Assembly (NCBI GenBank): GCA_964418745.1
Contig: CAYQMX010000015.1
Coordinates: 3,137-67,136, forward strand
DNA: 64,000 nt
Origin: an uncultured Vitreoscilla sp.
Lineage (GTDB): Bacteria; Pseudomonadota; Gammaproteobacteria; Burkholderiales; Burkholderiaceae_C
Direction of reading: 5' to 3'
Below, one piece after another: positions 39,989 through 51,387 of the stretch; the stretch's first letter is position 1, and the number at the start of each line of letters is the position of its first letter. Position numbers and translations under genes: made by a program. The notes beneath the pieces are model-generated. The model ran no database searches. It saw only the letters and a program-made list of their open reading frames with translations, and was not told the origin of the DNA.

Positions 39989-40441
39989 ATGACCACCAGC
40001 CATCAGCAGACTTCCCGCGGTGCCGGCCTTCAGGCCGCCCCGACGGTACGCCGGTCCGGCCGCGCGCTGCGTGCCCTCCTGGTAGACGACGACAAGCTCA
40101 TGCTGGCCGTGCTGACCGACCTGCTGAAGGACCTGGGAACACACGACGTCAAGACGGCCGCCAGCGGCGCCGAGGCGGCGACAGCCTTCGATCGCATGCT
40201 TCCACCGCCCGATCTGATCCTGTGCGACCTGAAGATGCCCGACGGCGACGGCTTCCAGTTCATGGAGATGCTGGCATCGCGAAAGTTCGCCGGCGCCGTG
40301 GTGCTGGTCTCGGGCATGGAGGCCCGGGTGATGAACTCGGCTTCGTTGATGGCCCGCTTCCACCGCCTGAGCGTGCTGGCCACGTTGAGCAAGCCCGTCA
40401 GCGCGGCGGCCCTGGGTGCCGCCATGGCCAAGTTGACCTGA
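39989..40441 (+). CDS. Single-domain response regulator (receiver only)
   Basis: ALLVDDDKLML...DLILCDLKMPDGDG...VVLVSG...LSKP is a canonical receiver pattern. Confidence 0.85.
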   Translation: MTTSHQQTSRGAGLQAAPTVRRSGRALRALLVDDDKLMLAVLTDLLKDLGTHDVKTAASGAEAATAFDRMLPPPDLILCDLKMPDGDGFQFMEMLASRKFAGAVVLVSGMEARVMNSASLMARFHRLSVLATLSKPVSAAALGAAMAKLT

Positions 40442-42790
40442 GTGTCGACGCTGATGCCCACCCCAGCTGCCATGCGCGCCGAAGACGCGCGACAGCCCAC
40501 CCTGCTCGTCGTCGACGACCAGGCCGTGAACATCCAGGTACTGCATCGTGCGTTCTGCGCCGATCACCAGGTGCTGATGGCAACCAGCGGCGCGCAGGCA
40601 TTGCGCATGTGCCGAAGCCACCGGATCGACCTCGTCCTCCTCGACGTGGCGATGCCCGGGATGGGCGGCCACGAGGTCTGCCGCCAGCTCAAGAGCGACC
40701 CCGCCACGTGCGACATCCCGGTGGTCTTCGTCACGGCGCACGATGACCCCGACATGGAGGCCTTCGGGCTCGAACTGGGTGCCGTGGACTTCATCGTCAA
40801 GCCGATCAAGCCGGCCGTGGTGCGGGCACGCGTCAAGACCCACCTGGGCCTGGCGCGCGCCAGCGCGCTCGTTGGCGCGACGCTGGAATGTACCGCCGCA
40901 GGCATCCTGGCGACGGACGTCCTGGGTCGGGTCAGCCACTTCAACAGGCCGTTCCTGGCCATGTGGGACATCGACCCCGAACTGATGGGCCCGTGCCGCG
41001 ACCACCCCGCGGTCTTCGACCTGATGCACGCGCGCACGCTCCACCCCGACAGCTACCGCAACGCCCTGGGCGCCGCGCTGGCACGCCACGACACGACGGA
41101 CGGCTTCGACGCTGTCGAGCTGCCGGGCGACCGACATCTCGAGCAGCAGGTCCATCCCTTCTGCATCAATGGCAAGCAGGTCGGGCACGTCCTCAGCTTC
41201 CGCGACGTCACCGAGCACCGGCGTGCTGCCGTGCAGCTGCGCTCGCTCAACGAGACGCTCGAGTCGCGCATCCTGGATCGCACGCTCGAACTCGAAGCCT
41301 CAGTGCAGCGCGCCGATGCGGCCAGCCAGGCCAAGAGCCAGTTCCTGTCGAACATGAGCCACGAGATCCGCACGCCGCTCAATGGCGTGATCGGGATGGT
41401 CCACCTGGCGTTGAAGGCGGAATCCGACGAGCGCCAGCGCCACCGCCTGCAGCAGATCCAGGGCTCGGGCCAGCACCTGCTGGGCATCGTCAACGACATC
41501 CTCGACTTTTCCAGGATCGAGGCTGGCAAGCTGCAACTGGAGGAGACCGATTTCAGCTTGGCCGACTTGCTGGTCACGTTGGCCGACCAGACGAACGCGG
41601 CAGCCCGGGAAAAGGGGCTGGAACTCGCTTTCCAGGCCGATCCCGGCCTCGCCGAGTTCTATCGCGGCGACGTGCTGCGCATCCGCCAGGTACTGTTGAA
41701 CTTCATCGGCAATGCCATCAAGTTCAGTACGCGTGGCGAAGTGTGCGTGCGCGCGATGGGCCTGCCGGAACATGGCTTGCGGTTCGAGGTCCAGGACCAG
41801 GGGCCCGGAATGACGGCGCAACAGTTGGCCGGACTGTTCCAGTCCTTTCACCAGGCCGACGCGTCCATGACACGCCGCTACGGCGGCAGCGGGCTGGGAC
41901 TGGCCATCAGTCGGCAGTTGGCCGCCTTGATGGGCGGCGAGGTCGGCGTGCGCAGCGAGCCCGGGGTCGGCAGCCTGTTCTGGCTCGACGCGCCGTTGTC
42001 TGCCGTGGTTCCCTGCGCCCCGCCCCGCGCCGCCGCGCCCGACCTGGACGTGCTCCGAGGGGCGCGCATCCTCGTGGCGGAGGACAACCCGCTGAACCAG
42101 CGGGTCGCGGTGGACCTGCTGGAGGATGTCGGTGCGCGGGTGCACGTGGCTGCCGACGGAGCGCAAGCCATCGACCTGATGCGACTGCACGCATTCGACT
42201 GCGTGTTGATGGACATGCAGATGCCGGTCCTCGATGGCCTGGAGGCCACGCGATGGATCCGGGCCGCGCCGCGATTCTGCGCGATTCCGGTGATCGCCGT
42301 CACGGCCAATGCCAGCGAGGACGACCGTGCGCGATGCCTCGCTGCGGGCATGGTGGACTTCGTCAGCAAGCCCTTCGATCCGGCGCACCTGCACGCCACC
42401 GTGGCACGCTGGCTGACCAAGGCGCCGCCGCCTGCAGAGAAGGAATCTGCCCGCGGCCCGGCGTTCGACGTGACCGTGCTGTCGCACAACTCGGCAGGCA
42501 ATCCGGAGCGCATGCGTCGCTATGCCGCGATCTTCAACGACGACATCGCGCAGGCGCTGCGCGACCTGCAGCGCGCCCTGGCACAAGGCGACCTGCCCGC
42601 GTTGGCCGACCTGGCCCACCGACTGAAGTCCTCGGCCCGCATGGTGGGCGCGACCCGCTTCGCCACGCTGTGCGAGGCGCTGGAGGCCCTGCGCGTCGGC
42701 GGCTCCATCGAGCAGGCAAGCGCCATCGTCCAGGTCATGCCGGCCATGTTGGCGCAGGTGTCGGCCGGCATCGACAAGGAGTTCGCATGA
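40442..42790 (+). CDS. Hybrid histidine kinase REC-PAS-HisKA-HATPase-REC-Hpt
   Basis: N-terminal REC ([10 protein letters not shown]...[14 protein letters not shown]), H-box [15 protein letters not shown]2 [13 protein letters not shown], second REC ([10 protein letters not shown]...[14 protein letters not shown]), and Hpt [13 protein letters not shown]. The GTG start abuts the upstream TGA. Confidence 0.9.
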   Translation: MSTLMPTPAAMRAEDARQPTLLVVDDQAVNIQVLHRAFCADHQVLMATSGAQALRMCRSHRIDLVLLDVAMPGMGGHEVCRQLKSDPATCDIPVVFVTAHDDPDMEAFGLELGAVDFIVKPIKPAVVRARVKTHLGLARASALVGATLECTAAGILATDVLGRVSHFNRPFLAMWDIDPELMGPCRDHPAVFDLMHARTLHPDSYRNALGAALARHDTTDGFDAVELPGDRHLEQQVHPFCINGKQVGHVLSFRDVTEHRRAAVQLRSLNETLESRILDRTLELEASVQRADAASQAKSQFLSNMSHEIRTPLNGVIGMVHLALKAESDERQRHRLQQIQGSGQHLLGIVNDILDFSRIEAGKLQLEETDFSLADLLVTLADQTNAAAREKGLELAFQADPGLAEFYRGDVLRIRQVLLNFIGNAIKFSTRGEVCVRAMGLPEHGLRFEVQDQGPGMTAQQLAGLFQSFHQADASMTRRYGGSGLGLAISRQLAALMGGEVGVRSEPGVGSLFWLDAPLSAVVPCAPPRAAAPDLDVLRGARILVAEDNPLNQRVAVDLLEDVGARVHVAADGAQAIDLMRLHAFDCVLMDMQMPVLDGLEATRWIRAAPRFCAIPVIAVTANASEDDRARCLAAGMVDFVSKPFDPAHLHATVARWLTKAPPPAEKESARGPAFDVTVLSHNSAGNPERMRRYAAIFNDDIAQALRDLQRALAQGDLPALADLAHRLKSSARMVGATRFATLCEALEALRVGGSIEQASAIVQVMPAMLAQVSAGIDKEFA

Positions 42791-43920
42791 ACATCATTCG
42801 CCGCACCTTGCATCCGGGGCTGGCCCTGGTTGCCTCGTCGTTTGCCGCGCTGCCACTGCTCGGTGAACATGTCGGCGCGCTGGAGATGGTCGCGGCGGCG
42901 GGGGCGACCGTCGCCATCGGATGCCTTGCATGGCGAGCCCGCGCCGGCGTCGCTGCAGGCCAGGGCCCCCCGGATACGGACGAAGCGCCCGAGCCCGCCG
43001 AAGAGCTCGCGCCGCTGCTCCTGGGCGTCCTGCCGGTATGGCGCCAGCACGTGGCAGCCGTCAAGGGGCAGACCGAGGAGGCGGTCGTGGGGCTTGCACA
43101 CAGCTTCGCGGCGATCACCGAGCAGTTCGAGGCTGCCGGCTTCAAGGGAACGAACGCCTCGTCCGTCGACAGTGATGTGGCCACGATGAGCCTGCTCGTA
43201 CTCTGCGAGCGGGAACTTCAGCCCATGGTGGGTGCCATGAAGGACATCCTCGGCAGCAAGCGCGCACTCGTGTCCAGCGTGCACGATCTGGCGCGCGCCA
43301 CGACCGAGTTGCAGAGCATGGCCAGCGGTGTCGGTCACATCGCCGCGCAGACCAACCTGCTGGCCATCAATGCCGCCATCGAGGCCGCCCGCGTGGGCGA
43401 GGCCGGACGCGGGTTTGCGGTCATTGCCAAGGAGATCCGCAGCCTGTCGCAGGAATCCGCGCAGACGGGAAAGCTGATCACCGATCGGATGGCGCAGGTC
43501 GCGCAGATCATGCAGGACACGATGCAGGTCGCCAACAGGGCATCGGAGCACGACCAGGGCGCCATCGAGCTGTCGGGCAACGTGATCGAGGACGTGCTCG
43601 CCCACATGCGCGAGCTGAACGACCGCGCCGATTGCATGCATGCGCAGGGCGCGGTGATCCGCTCCGAGATCGACAGCCTGATGATCAGCCTGCAGTTCCA
43701 GGATCGCGTGAGCCAGCTCATCTCGGTCATCGACGCCGACATCGGTCGCCTGAACGATGGCCTCGTGCAGGCCCGGCCGATGCCACCGGCGCAGGCCTGG
43801 CTGGACGAACTGCAGAGCCACTACACGATGCCCGACCAGCGCCGAACCCACACGCTGGTCGGAGCCGCAAGCCCCTCCGCCGCGGCAACGCCGTCAGGCG
43901 CCCGCGCAATCTTCTTCTAG
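42787..43920 (+). CDS. Short methyl-accepting chemotaxis protein lacking a recognisable sensor or HAMP domain
   Basis: Two N-terminal hydrophobic segments, then the MCP signalling core ([36 protein letters not shown]). ATGA overlap with the upstream kinase stop. Confidence 0.85.
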   Translation: MNIIRRTLHPGLALVASSFAALPLLGEHVGALEMVAAAGATVAIGCLAWRARAGVAAGQGPPDTDEAPEPAEELAPLLLGVLPVWRQHVAAVKGQTEEAVVGLAHSFAAITEQFEAAGFKGTNASSVDSDVATMSLLVLCERELQPMVGAMKDILGSKRALVSSVHDLARATTELQSMASGVGHIAAQTNLLAINAAIEAARVGEAGRGFAVIAKEIRSLSQESAQTGKLITDRMAQVAQIMQDTMQVANRASEHDQGAIELSGNVIEDVLAHMRELNDRADCMHAQGAVIRSEIDSLMISLQFQDRVSQLISVIDADIGRLNDGLVQARPMPPAQAWLDELQSHYTMPDQRRTHTLVGAASPSAAATPSGARAIFF

Positions 43921-43941
43921 ACGGCCGCAAAGGCACTCCCC

Positions 43942-44313
43942 ATGGCAAAGACCATATTGATCGTCGATGACTCCAGTTCGCTGCGCGCGGTCGTCAAGCT
44001 GGCGCTGGTGCGCGCCGGCTACGCCGTGATCGAGGCGGGCGACGGCAAGGAAGGCCTGCTGCAGCTCGACAAGGCTCCGAAGGTGCACCTGATCGTCAGC
44101 GACGTGAACATGCCCAACATGGACGGCATCACGTTCGTCAGCCAGCTCAAGCAGCAGGTGCGGTTCAAGTTCACTCCGGTGGTCATGCTGACCACGGAGA
44201 ACCAGGACGCGAAGGTCGCGCAGGCACGCGCGGCCGGGGCCAAGGCCTGGCTGACCAAGCCGTTCGATCCAGCGCAATTGCTCGACGCCGTCTCACGCCT
44301 CGTCCTGCCCTAG
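43942..44313 (+). CDS. cheY: CheY-like response regulator
   Basis: ILIVDDSSSLR...HLIVSDVNMPNMDG...VVMLTTEN...WLTKPF. 123 aa. Confidence 0.9.
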   Translation: MAKTILIVDDSSSLRAVVKLALVRAGYAVIEAGDGKEGLLQLDKAPKVHLIVSDVNMPNMDGITFVSQLKQQVRFKFTPVVMLTTENQDAKVAQARAAGAKAWLTKPFDPAQLLDAVSRLVLP

Positions 44314-44321
44314 GAGCCGCC

Positions 44322-44618
44322 ATGCAGAACCCCATTTCATTGCCCTCCGAGCTGACGATCTATTCCGTCGGCGAATGGGCGCCACGGCTGCGAGCGCACC
44401 TTGCCGAAGCGTCCGACGCGGACAATCTCGACGGCTTGCGCATCGATGCGACGACGGTGGAGGAGGTCGACGCCGCGGGCGTGCAGCTGCTGGTGTCACT
44501 GGCCAACACGCTGGCGCGCGACCGGCGCATGCTGCAGTTGGTGGCGCCAAGCGCGCCGCTGGTGCGCGCGTGCGCCGCGCTCGGCGTCCCGGAACTGCTG
44601 GCCGGAGCGGCGGCATGA
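44322..44618 (+). CDS. STAS domain protein (anti-sigma-antagonist fold) inside the che operon
   Basis: 98 aa. LDGLRIDATTVEEVDAAGVQLLVSLANTLARDRRMLQLV matches the STAS pattern. The stop overlaps the cheA start (ATGA). Confidence 0.7.
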   Translation: MQNPISLPSELTIYSVGEWAPRLRAHLAEASDADNLDGLRIDATTVEEVDAAGVQLLVSLANTLARDRRMLQLVAPSAPLVRACAALGVPELLAGAAA

Positions 44619-46735
44619 ACCGCTCGCAGAGCGACGAGAGCTTCGTGGTCGAAGCGCTTCCGGCCTTCATCAGCGAAGCGAACGAACAGGTCGAGACGCT
44701 GGAGCAGTTGCTGCTGCAACTGGAAGAGGTACCCGACGACCGCGAGCTGCTGGATGCCCTGTTCCGCTGCGCGCACACCCTCAAGGGGTCGGCCGGCGTG
44801 TTCGGGCTGGACGCCATCGTGGCTTTCACCCACCACGTCGAGACGCTGCTGGAACGCGTGCGCGCCGGCGAGACGAGGCTGACGCCTGCGTTGAGCACGC
44901 TGCTGCTGCAGAGCAACGACGAGGTGCGCAGCCTGGTGCGCGCCGCCCAGACCGGCGAGGCCGAGCCCCCCGACGTCGACGCCCGGCGCGCGGCCATCGT
45001 CGAACGTCTTCGAGCTGCCTCTGGCGATACCCGGCACGTTGCCGCGCCGCCCGCCATCGGTACCGTCGCCACGGCGGATGCCGCCCTGAGCGGCGAGCAG
45101 CGGTGGTCGGTGGCCGTGAGCTTCGGCGCCGACACCTATCGCAACGGCATGGATCCGTCGACCATCCTCGACTACTTGCGGGGCCTGGGCACGGTGAGCG
45201 ACCTGGCCTGCGACTGCGCGGCGGTGCCGGGTCTCGACGCCGTCGATCCGGAATCCTGCCATCTGGCGTTCGCATTCAGCCTGGTCACCGCGGCCAGCCG
45301 CGCCGACATCGAGCGCGCCTTCGCCTTCGTGCGTGACGACTGCGCGCTGGACCTGCGCGAACACGATGTCGGTGTCCAGGCCGGCGTGGCGACGCCCGTG
45401 TCCGTGCCGGCTCCGCAGCCGCGTGACTGCGCAAGCCCGGCCGGTCCGGCTGACGAGAGTCGCTTCATCCGCGTCCACGCCGATCGGCTCGACGAGGTGA
45501 TCAACCTGCTCGGCGAACTCGTCATCGCCGGCGCCGGCGCGTCGATGCTGGCGCGGCAGACGCGCCAGCGCAGCCTGGTCGAGGCCACGCAGCAGATCGC
45601 GCGGCTGATCGAGGGCGTGCGCAACAACACGCTGCAACTGCGCATGGTGGCCATCGGCGACACCTTCTCGCGCTTTCGTCGCGTCGTGCGCGACACCGCA
45701 TCCGAGCTCGGGAAGGACGTCGTTCTCGAGATTTCGGGGGGTGACACGGAGCTCGACAAGGCGATGGTCGACCGCATTGCCGACCCGCTGATGCACCTGG
45801 TTCGCAACGCGCTGGACCACGGGCTGGAGACGCCGCAGGAGCGCGTGGCCGCGGGCAAGCAGGCGCAGGGCAGGCTCACGCTGGGCGCGCGCCACGAGTC
45901 GGGCAGCATCCTGATCCACATCGGCGACGACGGGCGCGGCATCCAGCGCGACAAGGTGCTCGCGCGGGCCTGGGAGCGCGGGCTCCTGGAGCCGGGATCC
46001 GAACCGCCCGAGGACGAGATCCTGAAGCTGGTATTCGAACCCGGCTTCTCGACCGCGGACAAGGTCACCAACCTGAGCGGCCGCGGCGTCGGCATGGATG
46101 TCGTGCGCCGCAATATCGAGGCCTTGCGCGGCACGGTCGCCATCGCGAGCCGGCAAGGGCAGGGCTCGACGATCTCGATCCGCCTGCCCCTGACCCTGGC
46201 CATCATCGACGGCTTCCTGGTCGCCGTCGGCCCGTCGAAGTTCATCTTTCCGCTGGACGCGGTCGTCGAGGTCGTCGCCAACCGTCCGACCACGACGGCG
46301 CTGGATGCGCACGGCCGCAGCTGTGTCGAATTGCGCGGCCAGGTGCTGCCGGTACTGAGTCTTCGCCAGATCTACGCCCTGGACTCGCCGCAGCCGGAGC
46401 GCTGCAGCATCGTCGTGATCCGCGGTGGCTCCGCACGCTATGGCGTCATGGTGGACGTGCTGCTCGGCCAGCACCAGACCGTCATCAAGCCCATGAGCCC
46501 GATGCTGCGCAGCCTGCGCGGCGTGTCGGGCTCGTCCATCCTCGGCACGGGCGAGGTGGCGTTGATCTTCGATGTCGCCGCGCTGGGCGCGCTGGCCATC
46601 TCCGGCAGGCCGACCCGCCCCGTATCGACGGGCACGCCCCGCACCCGAATCACCCCCCCGCAGCCAGACAACCCGGGCCCACGCGATCGCGTGTTTCCCA
46701 CCAACGCACCGCAAACGCAAGAGGCCTCCACGTGA
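44615..46735 (+). CDS. cheA: Chemotaxis histidine kinase CheA
   Basis: Hpt [13 protein letters not shown], dimerisation region [16 protein letters not shown], HATPase ([25 protein letters not shown]), and a C-terminal CheW-like domain. No C-terminal receiver. Confidence 0.93.
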   Translation: MNRSQSDESFVVEALPAFISEANEQVETLEQLLLQLEEVPDDRELLDALFRCAHTLKGSAGVFGLDAIVAFTHHVETLLERVRAGETRLTPALSTLLLQSNDEVRSLVRAAQTGEAEPPDVDARRAAIVERLRAASGDTRHVAAPPAIGTVATADAALSGEQRWSVAVSFGADTYRNGMDPSTILDYLRGLGTVSDLACDCAAVPGLDAVDPESCHLAFAFSLVTAASRADIERAFAFVRDDCALDLREHDVGVQAGVATPVSVPAPQPRDCASPAGPADESRFIRVHADRLDEVINLLGELVIAGAGASMLARQTRQRSLVEATQQIARLIEGVRNNTLQLRMVAIGDTFSRFRRVVRDTASELGKDVVLEISGGDTELDKAMVDRIADPLMHLVRNALDHGLETPQERVAAGKQAQGRLTLGARHESGSILIHIGDDGRGIQRDKVLARAWERGLLEPGSEPPEDEILKLVFEPGFSTADKVTNLSGRGVGMDVVRRNIEALRGTVAIASRQGQGSTISIRLPLTLAIIDGFLVAVGPSKFIFPLDAVVEVVANRPTTTALDAHGRSCVELRGQVLPVLSLRQIYALDSPQPERCSIVVIRGGSARYGVMVDVLLGQHQTVIKPMSPMLRSLRGVSGSSILGTGEVALIFDVAALGALAISGRPTRPVSTGTPRTRITPPQPDNPGPRDRVFPTNAPQTQEAST

Positions 46736-49560
46736 AGCTCGACAACCTGAAGATTTCCACCCGGCTGGCACTCGCCTTCGGCACCATGCTGCTGCTGATG
46801 GTGGGCCTGGCCTTGAATGGCTACCGCAACCTGGCGGCGCTGGACGACGCCCTCCTCGTCGTGACGCAGGACCGATTGCCCAAGCTGCTGGAAGCGGGCG
46901 ACTGGGAGCGCGACGTCATCGTCGCCGGCCGCCACATGCGCAACATCCTGCTCCTGCCCGAGCCGGGCGAGGTGAAGCAGCAACTGGCCCAGTGGGCCGA
47001 GGTCAACAAGGAGATCGACGCCAACGTCGGCAAGTTGACGAAGACGGTGCGCAGCGAGGACGGTCAGGCCGTACTGAAGGCGGCGCTGGACAGCCGCGCC
47101 GTGTATGCCGCCACCGAAGAGGATTTCATGCGACTGGCCGGCAGCGGCGACTTCGCCGGCGCGCGCAAGCTGCTCCTGGAGCGGGCCCGCCAGCAGCAGA
47201 AGGACTACGTCGCCGCCATCCACAGTGTCTCCGAATGGCAGAGAGCGCACGTGGATGATGCCGCCAAGGATGCGGCCGCAACGATGTCCGCCGCGCGCAA
47301 CGCGATGTTCGCACTGACGGCCCTGGCGGTGGCCATCGGCGCCGGCGTGGCCCTGTGGCTGTCGCGCGGGCTGACGCGCCGCCTCGCAACGTTGCTGGGC
47401 ATCGCTCGCAGCGTGGCTGCCGGCAAGCTCGACAATGTCATCGACGCCGATGGCCGCGACGAAACCGGCCAGGTGATGGCCGCGATGGCCCGCATGCAGG
47501 TCGACCTGCTGGCCCGCGAGACGGTGGATGCCGACTCGCGCGGCCAGATCGCCGCCGTCGGCAAGGCACAGGCCGTGATCGAATTCGGCCTCGACGGCAC
47601 CGTGCTGGCGGCCAACGACAACTTCTGCAGCGCGCTCGGCTACACCGCGCAGGAGATCGTCGGCAAGCACCACAGCATGTTCGCCGAGCCTGCCTACGCG
47701 GCGAGTCCGGAGTACCGTCACTTCTGGGACAAGCTCAACCGCGGCGAATACGACGCCAGCCAATACAAGCGCATCGGCAAGGGCGGGCGCGAGGTCTGGA
47801 TCCAGGCCAGCTACAACCCGATCCTGAACAAGGAAGGCAAGCCGTTCAAGGTCGTCAAGTACGCCACCGACATCACCGCGGACAAGCTGAGGGCGGCCGA
47901 CTCCGAAGGCCAGCTCAAGGCGATCAACAAGGCGCAGGCCGTGATCGAATTCGGGCTCGACGGCAAGGTGCTGACGGCCAACGAGAACTTCCTGCAGGTG
48001 CTCGGCTACTCGCTGGGCGACATCGTCGGGCAGCACCACTCGATATTCGTCGACCCGAGCGCTCGCAACGGCGTGGACTATCGCCTGTTCTGGGAAAAGC
48101 TCGGCCGCGGGGAATACGACGCCGGGCAGTACAAGCGCATCGGCAAGGGTGGCAAGGAGGCCTGGATCCAGGCCAGCTACAACCCGATCATGGACATGAA
48201 CGGCAAGCCGTTCAAGGTGGTCAAGTACGCCACGGACGTCACCGCGGAGGTCAACGCCGGCAGGATGCTGCGTGAGGCCGTCGAGCAGACCCAGGCCGTC
48301 ACGGCGGCCGCCAAGGAAGGTGACCTGACACGGCGCGTTTCGCTGGAAGGAAAGAGCGGCCCGATCGAGGCACTCTGCGCGGGCGTCAACGCGCTGGTGG
48401 AGACCACGTCCGTCATCTTCGACGACGTGGGCCGGATCTTCGGTGCGCTGGCGGCGGGCGACCTGTCGCAGCGGGTCACGCGCGAATACGCCGGCACGTT
48501 CGGCCAGGTGAAGAACGACGCCAACGAGACCAGCGAGAAGCTGGCCGCGATCATCGAGGACGTCGGTCGTGTCTTCTCCGGCATGGCCGAGGGCGACCTC
48601 ACGCAGCGCATCACGCGGGATGCCGAGGGCGTGTTCGACCAGGTCAAGCAGGACGCCAATACCAGCTCGGACAAGCTCGCCAGCGTCATCGAGGAAGTCC
48701 GGGCCGCGGCCGGTGCCCTGACCGGCGCAGCCAACCAGGTCAGTGCGACGGCGCAGTCGCTGTCGCAATCGGCCAGCGAACAGGCGTCATCGGTGGAGGA
48801 GACGACCTCGTCGGTGGAGCTGATGTCGGCCTCGATCTCGCAGAACAGCGACAACGCCAAGGTCACGGACAACATGGCGACCAAGGCCAGCAAGGAAGCC
48901 GCCGACGGTGGCCAGGCCGTGACCCTGACGGTGAGCGCGATGAAGCAGATCGCGCACAAGATCGGCATCATCGACGACATCGCCTACCAGACCAACCTGC
49001 TGGCGCTGAACGCGGCTATCGAAGCGGCGCGCGCCGGCGAACATGGCAAGGGTTTCGCGGTGGTGGCCGACGAGGTGCGCAAGCTCGCCGAGCGCAGCCA
49101 GGAAGCGGCCAAGGAGATCGGCGACCTGGCCGGCAACAGCGTGTCCACCGCCGAGCGCGCGGGCAAGCTGCTCGACGAGATCGTGCCGTCGATCCAGAAG
49201 ACGTCGGAGCTGGTGCAGGAGATCGCGGCGGCCTCGCAGGAGCAGAGCCAGACCGTCACGCAGATCGGCGGCGCGATGGGCCAGTTGAGCAAGGCGACGC
49301 AGCAGAATGCATCGGCGTCGGAGGAGCTGGCGGCCACGTCGGAGGAGCTCTCCGGGCAGGCCGAACAGCTGCAGCAGGCGGTTGCCTTCTTCACGCTCGG
49401 CAACGAGAACGTACCGGCGGCTCGCGGTCGGGCCGGCGCGCCGGTCATGCCCGAGCGCCGGGCACCCAACTCGCCGCTGCGCAGCAGCGCCAAGCCGGTT
49501 GCCGTAGCCGCCCGGGCGGTCGCGGCGACCGGCGCGCGCGGCAATTTCCGCCCTTACTGA
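46732..49560 (+). CDS. Methyl-accepting chemotaxis protein with 4HB-like sensor, two tandem PAS domains and repeated HAMP units
   Basis: The N-terminus [17 protein letters not shown] is typical of 4HB_MCP. Two near-identical PAS units follow, then three GDL(T/S)(R/Q)R(V/I) HAMP-like repeats. Signalling core [44 protein letters not shown] overlap with cheA. Confidence 0.92.
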   Translation: MKLDNLKISTRLALAFGTMLLLMVGLALNGYRNLAALDDALLVVTQDRLPKLLEAGDWERDVIVAGRHMRNILLLPEPGEVKQQLAQWAEVNKEIDANVGKLTKTVRSEDGQAVLKAALDSRAVYAATEEDFMRLAGSGDFAGARKLLLERARQQQKDYVAAIHSVSEWQRAHVDDAAKDAAATMSAARNAMFALTALAVAIGAGVALWLSRGLTRRLATLLGIARSVAAGKLDNVIDADGRDETGQVMAAMARMQVDLLARETVDADSRGQIAAVGKAQAVIEFGLDGTVLAANDNFCSALGYTAQEIVGKHHSMFAEPAYAASPEYRHFWDKLNRGEYDASQYKRIGKGGREVWIQASYNPILNKEGKPFKVVKYATDITADKLRAADSEGQLKAINKAQAVIEFGLDGKVLTANENFLQVLGYSLGDIVGQHHSIFVDPSARNGVDYRLFWEKLGRGEYDAGQYKRIGKGGKEAWIQASYNPIMDMNGKPFKVVKYATDVTAEVNAGRMLREAVEQTQAVTAAAKEGDLTRRVSLEGKSGPIEALCAGVNALVETTSVIFDDVGRIFGALAAGDLSQRVTREYAGTFGQVKNDANETSEKLAAIIEDVGRVFSGMAEGDLTQRITRDAEGVFDQVKQDANTSSDKLASVIEEVRAAAGALTGAANQVSATAQSLSQSASEQASSVEETTSSVELMSASISQNSDNAKVTDNMATKASKEAADGGQAVTLTVSAMKQIAHKIGIIDDIAYQTNLLALNAAIEAARAGEHGKGFAVVADEVRKLAERSQEAAKEIGDLAGNSVSTAERAGKLLDEIVPSIQKTSELVQEIAAASQEQSQTVTQIGGAMGQLSKATQQNASASEELAATSEELSGQAEQLQQAVAFFTLGNENVPAARGRAGAPVMPERRAPNSPLRSSAKPVAVAARAVAATGARGNFRPY
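47545..48246 (+). repeat. Tandem in-frame duplication (2 x about 366 bp) encoding two PAS domains
   Basis: CAGGCCGTGATCGAATTCGG(C/G)CTCGACGGC occurs at 47569 and 47935 (offset 366 bp = 122 codons). The protein units [17 protein letters not shown]...[24 protein letters not shown]...[12 protein letters not shown] are almost identical. Confidence 0.85.
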
Positions 49561-49569
49561 GCGCACGCG

Positions 49570-50097
49570 ATGAGCAAGCACTCGACGCCGGCCGCGGGCC
49601 AGGCAGCGGCCGGCGACATGCCGGCGCAATTTCTCACCTTCTACCTGGGCGAGGAGGTGTTCGGCATGGACATCCGCGGCGTGCGCGAAATCATCCAGTG
49701 CGCACCGATGACGGCGCTGCCGCTGATGCCCGGCTTCGTGCGCGGCGTGATCAACCTGCGCGGCGCGGTCGTCCCGGTGATCGACATGCACGCACGCTTC
49801 GGCCGGCCGGCCGCCGTCATCGGCAAGAAGAGCTGCATCGTCATCGTCGACAGCATGCGGGACGGCGAGCGCGGCGAACTGGGCCTGCTGGTCGATTCGG
49901 TGAGCGAAGTGATCAAGATCGCGGCCGGGCAGATCGAGCCGCCACCGGATTTCGGCAATGCGATGCGGCGCGACTTCATCCGCGGCATGGGCAAGGTCGG
50001 CCAGCGATTCGTCGTGCTGATCGATCCTGACCGCGCGCTGGACGTGCAGGAGATGGCCGGCCTGTGCGATGCGGCGCAGACTGCGCTGGCGGCCTGA
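49570..50097 (+). CDS. cheW: Chemotaxis coupling protein CheW
   Basis: QFLTFYLGEEVFGMDIRGVREI...VINLRGAVVPVIDM...LLVDSVSEV pattern. Confidence 0.92.
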   Translation: MSKHSTPAAGQAAAGDMPAQFLTFYLGEEVFGMDIRGVREIIQCAPMTALPLMPGFVRGVINLRGAVVPVIDMHARFGRPAAVIGKKSCIVIVDSMRDGERGELGLLVDSVSEVIKIAAGQIEPPPDFGNAMRRDFIRGMGKVGQRFVVLIDPDRALDVQEMAGLCDAAQTALAA

Positions 50098-50098
50098 C

Positions 50099-50914
50099 GT
50101 GCCGACTCTTCGCGACGACACCTTCAGCGCGCTCGCCGCCCTGATGTACTCGGCGATCGGCCTGTCGTTCAACGACAGCAAGAAGGCGCTGGTGTCCTCG
50201 CGCCTGGCGTTGCGGATCCAGCGGCTGGGCCTGGACAGCTTCGAGGACTACCTGGCGCTCATTTCCGCCGGCGACGACGCCGGGGAGTTCCAGATGGCGG
50301 TGGACCTGCTGACCACCAACGAGACCTACTTCTTTCGCGAACCCGCGCACTACGACCTGCTGGAGCGCGAGTTGCGGGCCGAGCGGCCGCGCTCGATGGC
50401 AGTATGGAGCGCCGCCTCGTCGTTCGGCGACGAGGCCTACAGCACGGCGATGCTGCTCGCGGACCTGCAGCTGCAGGGCGCCATCGGCAACGCCTGGACC
50501 GTGCTGGGCACCGACATCAGCGACCGGGTGCTGCGCAGCGCCTGCACCGCGGTCTATCCGCAGGATCGCCTTCGCAACGTCACGCCGCAGCGCCTGAAGC
50601 GGCATTGCCTGCGCGGGGAGGGCGAGTCCGAAGGAATGGTCAAGATGCATCCCGACTTGAGCGAGCGCGTTCGCTTCGGACAGATGAACCTGTGTCAGCC
50701 CATCGAGGCGATCGGCCCCTTCGACGTGGTCTTCCTGCGCAACGTGCTGATCTATTTCGACGCTCCGACCAAGCGCGCGGTCGTCGACCGGGTGCTGACC
50801 CAACTGCGCCCGGGCGGCCTGTTCTTCATCGGCACGGCCGAAGGCCGCGTGCCCTGCGAGACTGCGCTGGAGCCCCTTGCTCCAGGCGCGTTCCGCAAGA
50901 AGGTGACCCGGTGA
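50099..50914 (+). CDS. cheR: Chemotaxis protein methyltransferase CheR
   Basis: TTNETYFFRE, VWSAASSFGDEAYS and VFLRNVLIYFD motifs. The GTG at 50099 lies 1 nt after the cheW stop (the track ORF start at 50069 would overlap cheW). Confidence 0.9.
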   Translation: MPTLRDDTFSALAALMYSAIGLSFNDSKKALVSSRLALRIQRLGLDSFEDYLALISAGDDAGEFQMAVDLLTTNETYFFREPAHYDLLERELRAERPRSMAVWSAASSFGDEAYSTAMLLADLQLQGAIGNAWTVLGTDISDRVLRSACTAVYPQDRLRNVTPQRLKRHCLRGEGESEGMVKMHPDLSERVRFGQMNLCQPIEAIGPFDVVFLRNVLIYFDAPTKRAVVDRVLTQLRPGGLFFIGTAEGRVPCETALEPLAPGAFRKKVTR

Positions 50915-51384
50915 ATGCCAAGGGCGGCGACGTCATCCACACGCTGCACCCCGGGGACCTGGCGTTCGCCACGCGCGGCGAACGGCTGGCCACGCTGCTT
51001 GGCTCCTGCGTGGCCATCGTGCTCACGGACCCGCGCCGCACGGTCGGCGTGATGTGCCACATCGTGCATGCACGGCCGGCCCCCAAGGCAGCGGCACCCA
51101 GTGCGGCGTACGCCGACGTGGCGCTGGCCGGCATGTACCGGCTCCTGCGCGACAACGCGATCTCGCCATCGCTCTGCGAGGCCTACGTCTACGGCGGAGG
51201 CAATATGTTTCCCGATCTCGTCCAGTCCTCCAGCGTCGGAGACGACAACTCGGCGTGGGCCTTCGAGGCGCTGGCCGCCGACGGGATACCGGTGCTGGCG
51301 CACGACGTCGGCGGACCGGTCTACCGGCGCCTGCGCTGGACCGTCGGCCCGTCGGCCCCGCATGCGAGCGCCGTGCGGGTCTGA
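50911..51384 (+). CDS. cheD: Chemoreceptor glutamine deamidase CheD
   Basis: LATLLGSCVAIVL (catalytic Cys), GVMCHIVH and VYGGGNMF motifs. The GTG start overlaps the cheR stop (GTGA). Confidence 0.85.
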   Translation: MNAKGGDVIHTLHPGDLAFATRGERLATLLGSCVAIVLTDPRRTVGVMCHIVHARPAPKAAAPSAAYADVALAGMYRLLRDNAISPSLCEAYVYGGGNMFPDLVQSSSVGDDNSAWAFEALAADGIPVLAHDVGGPVYRRLRWTVGPSAPHASAVRV

Positions 51385-51387
51385 TCC

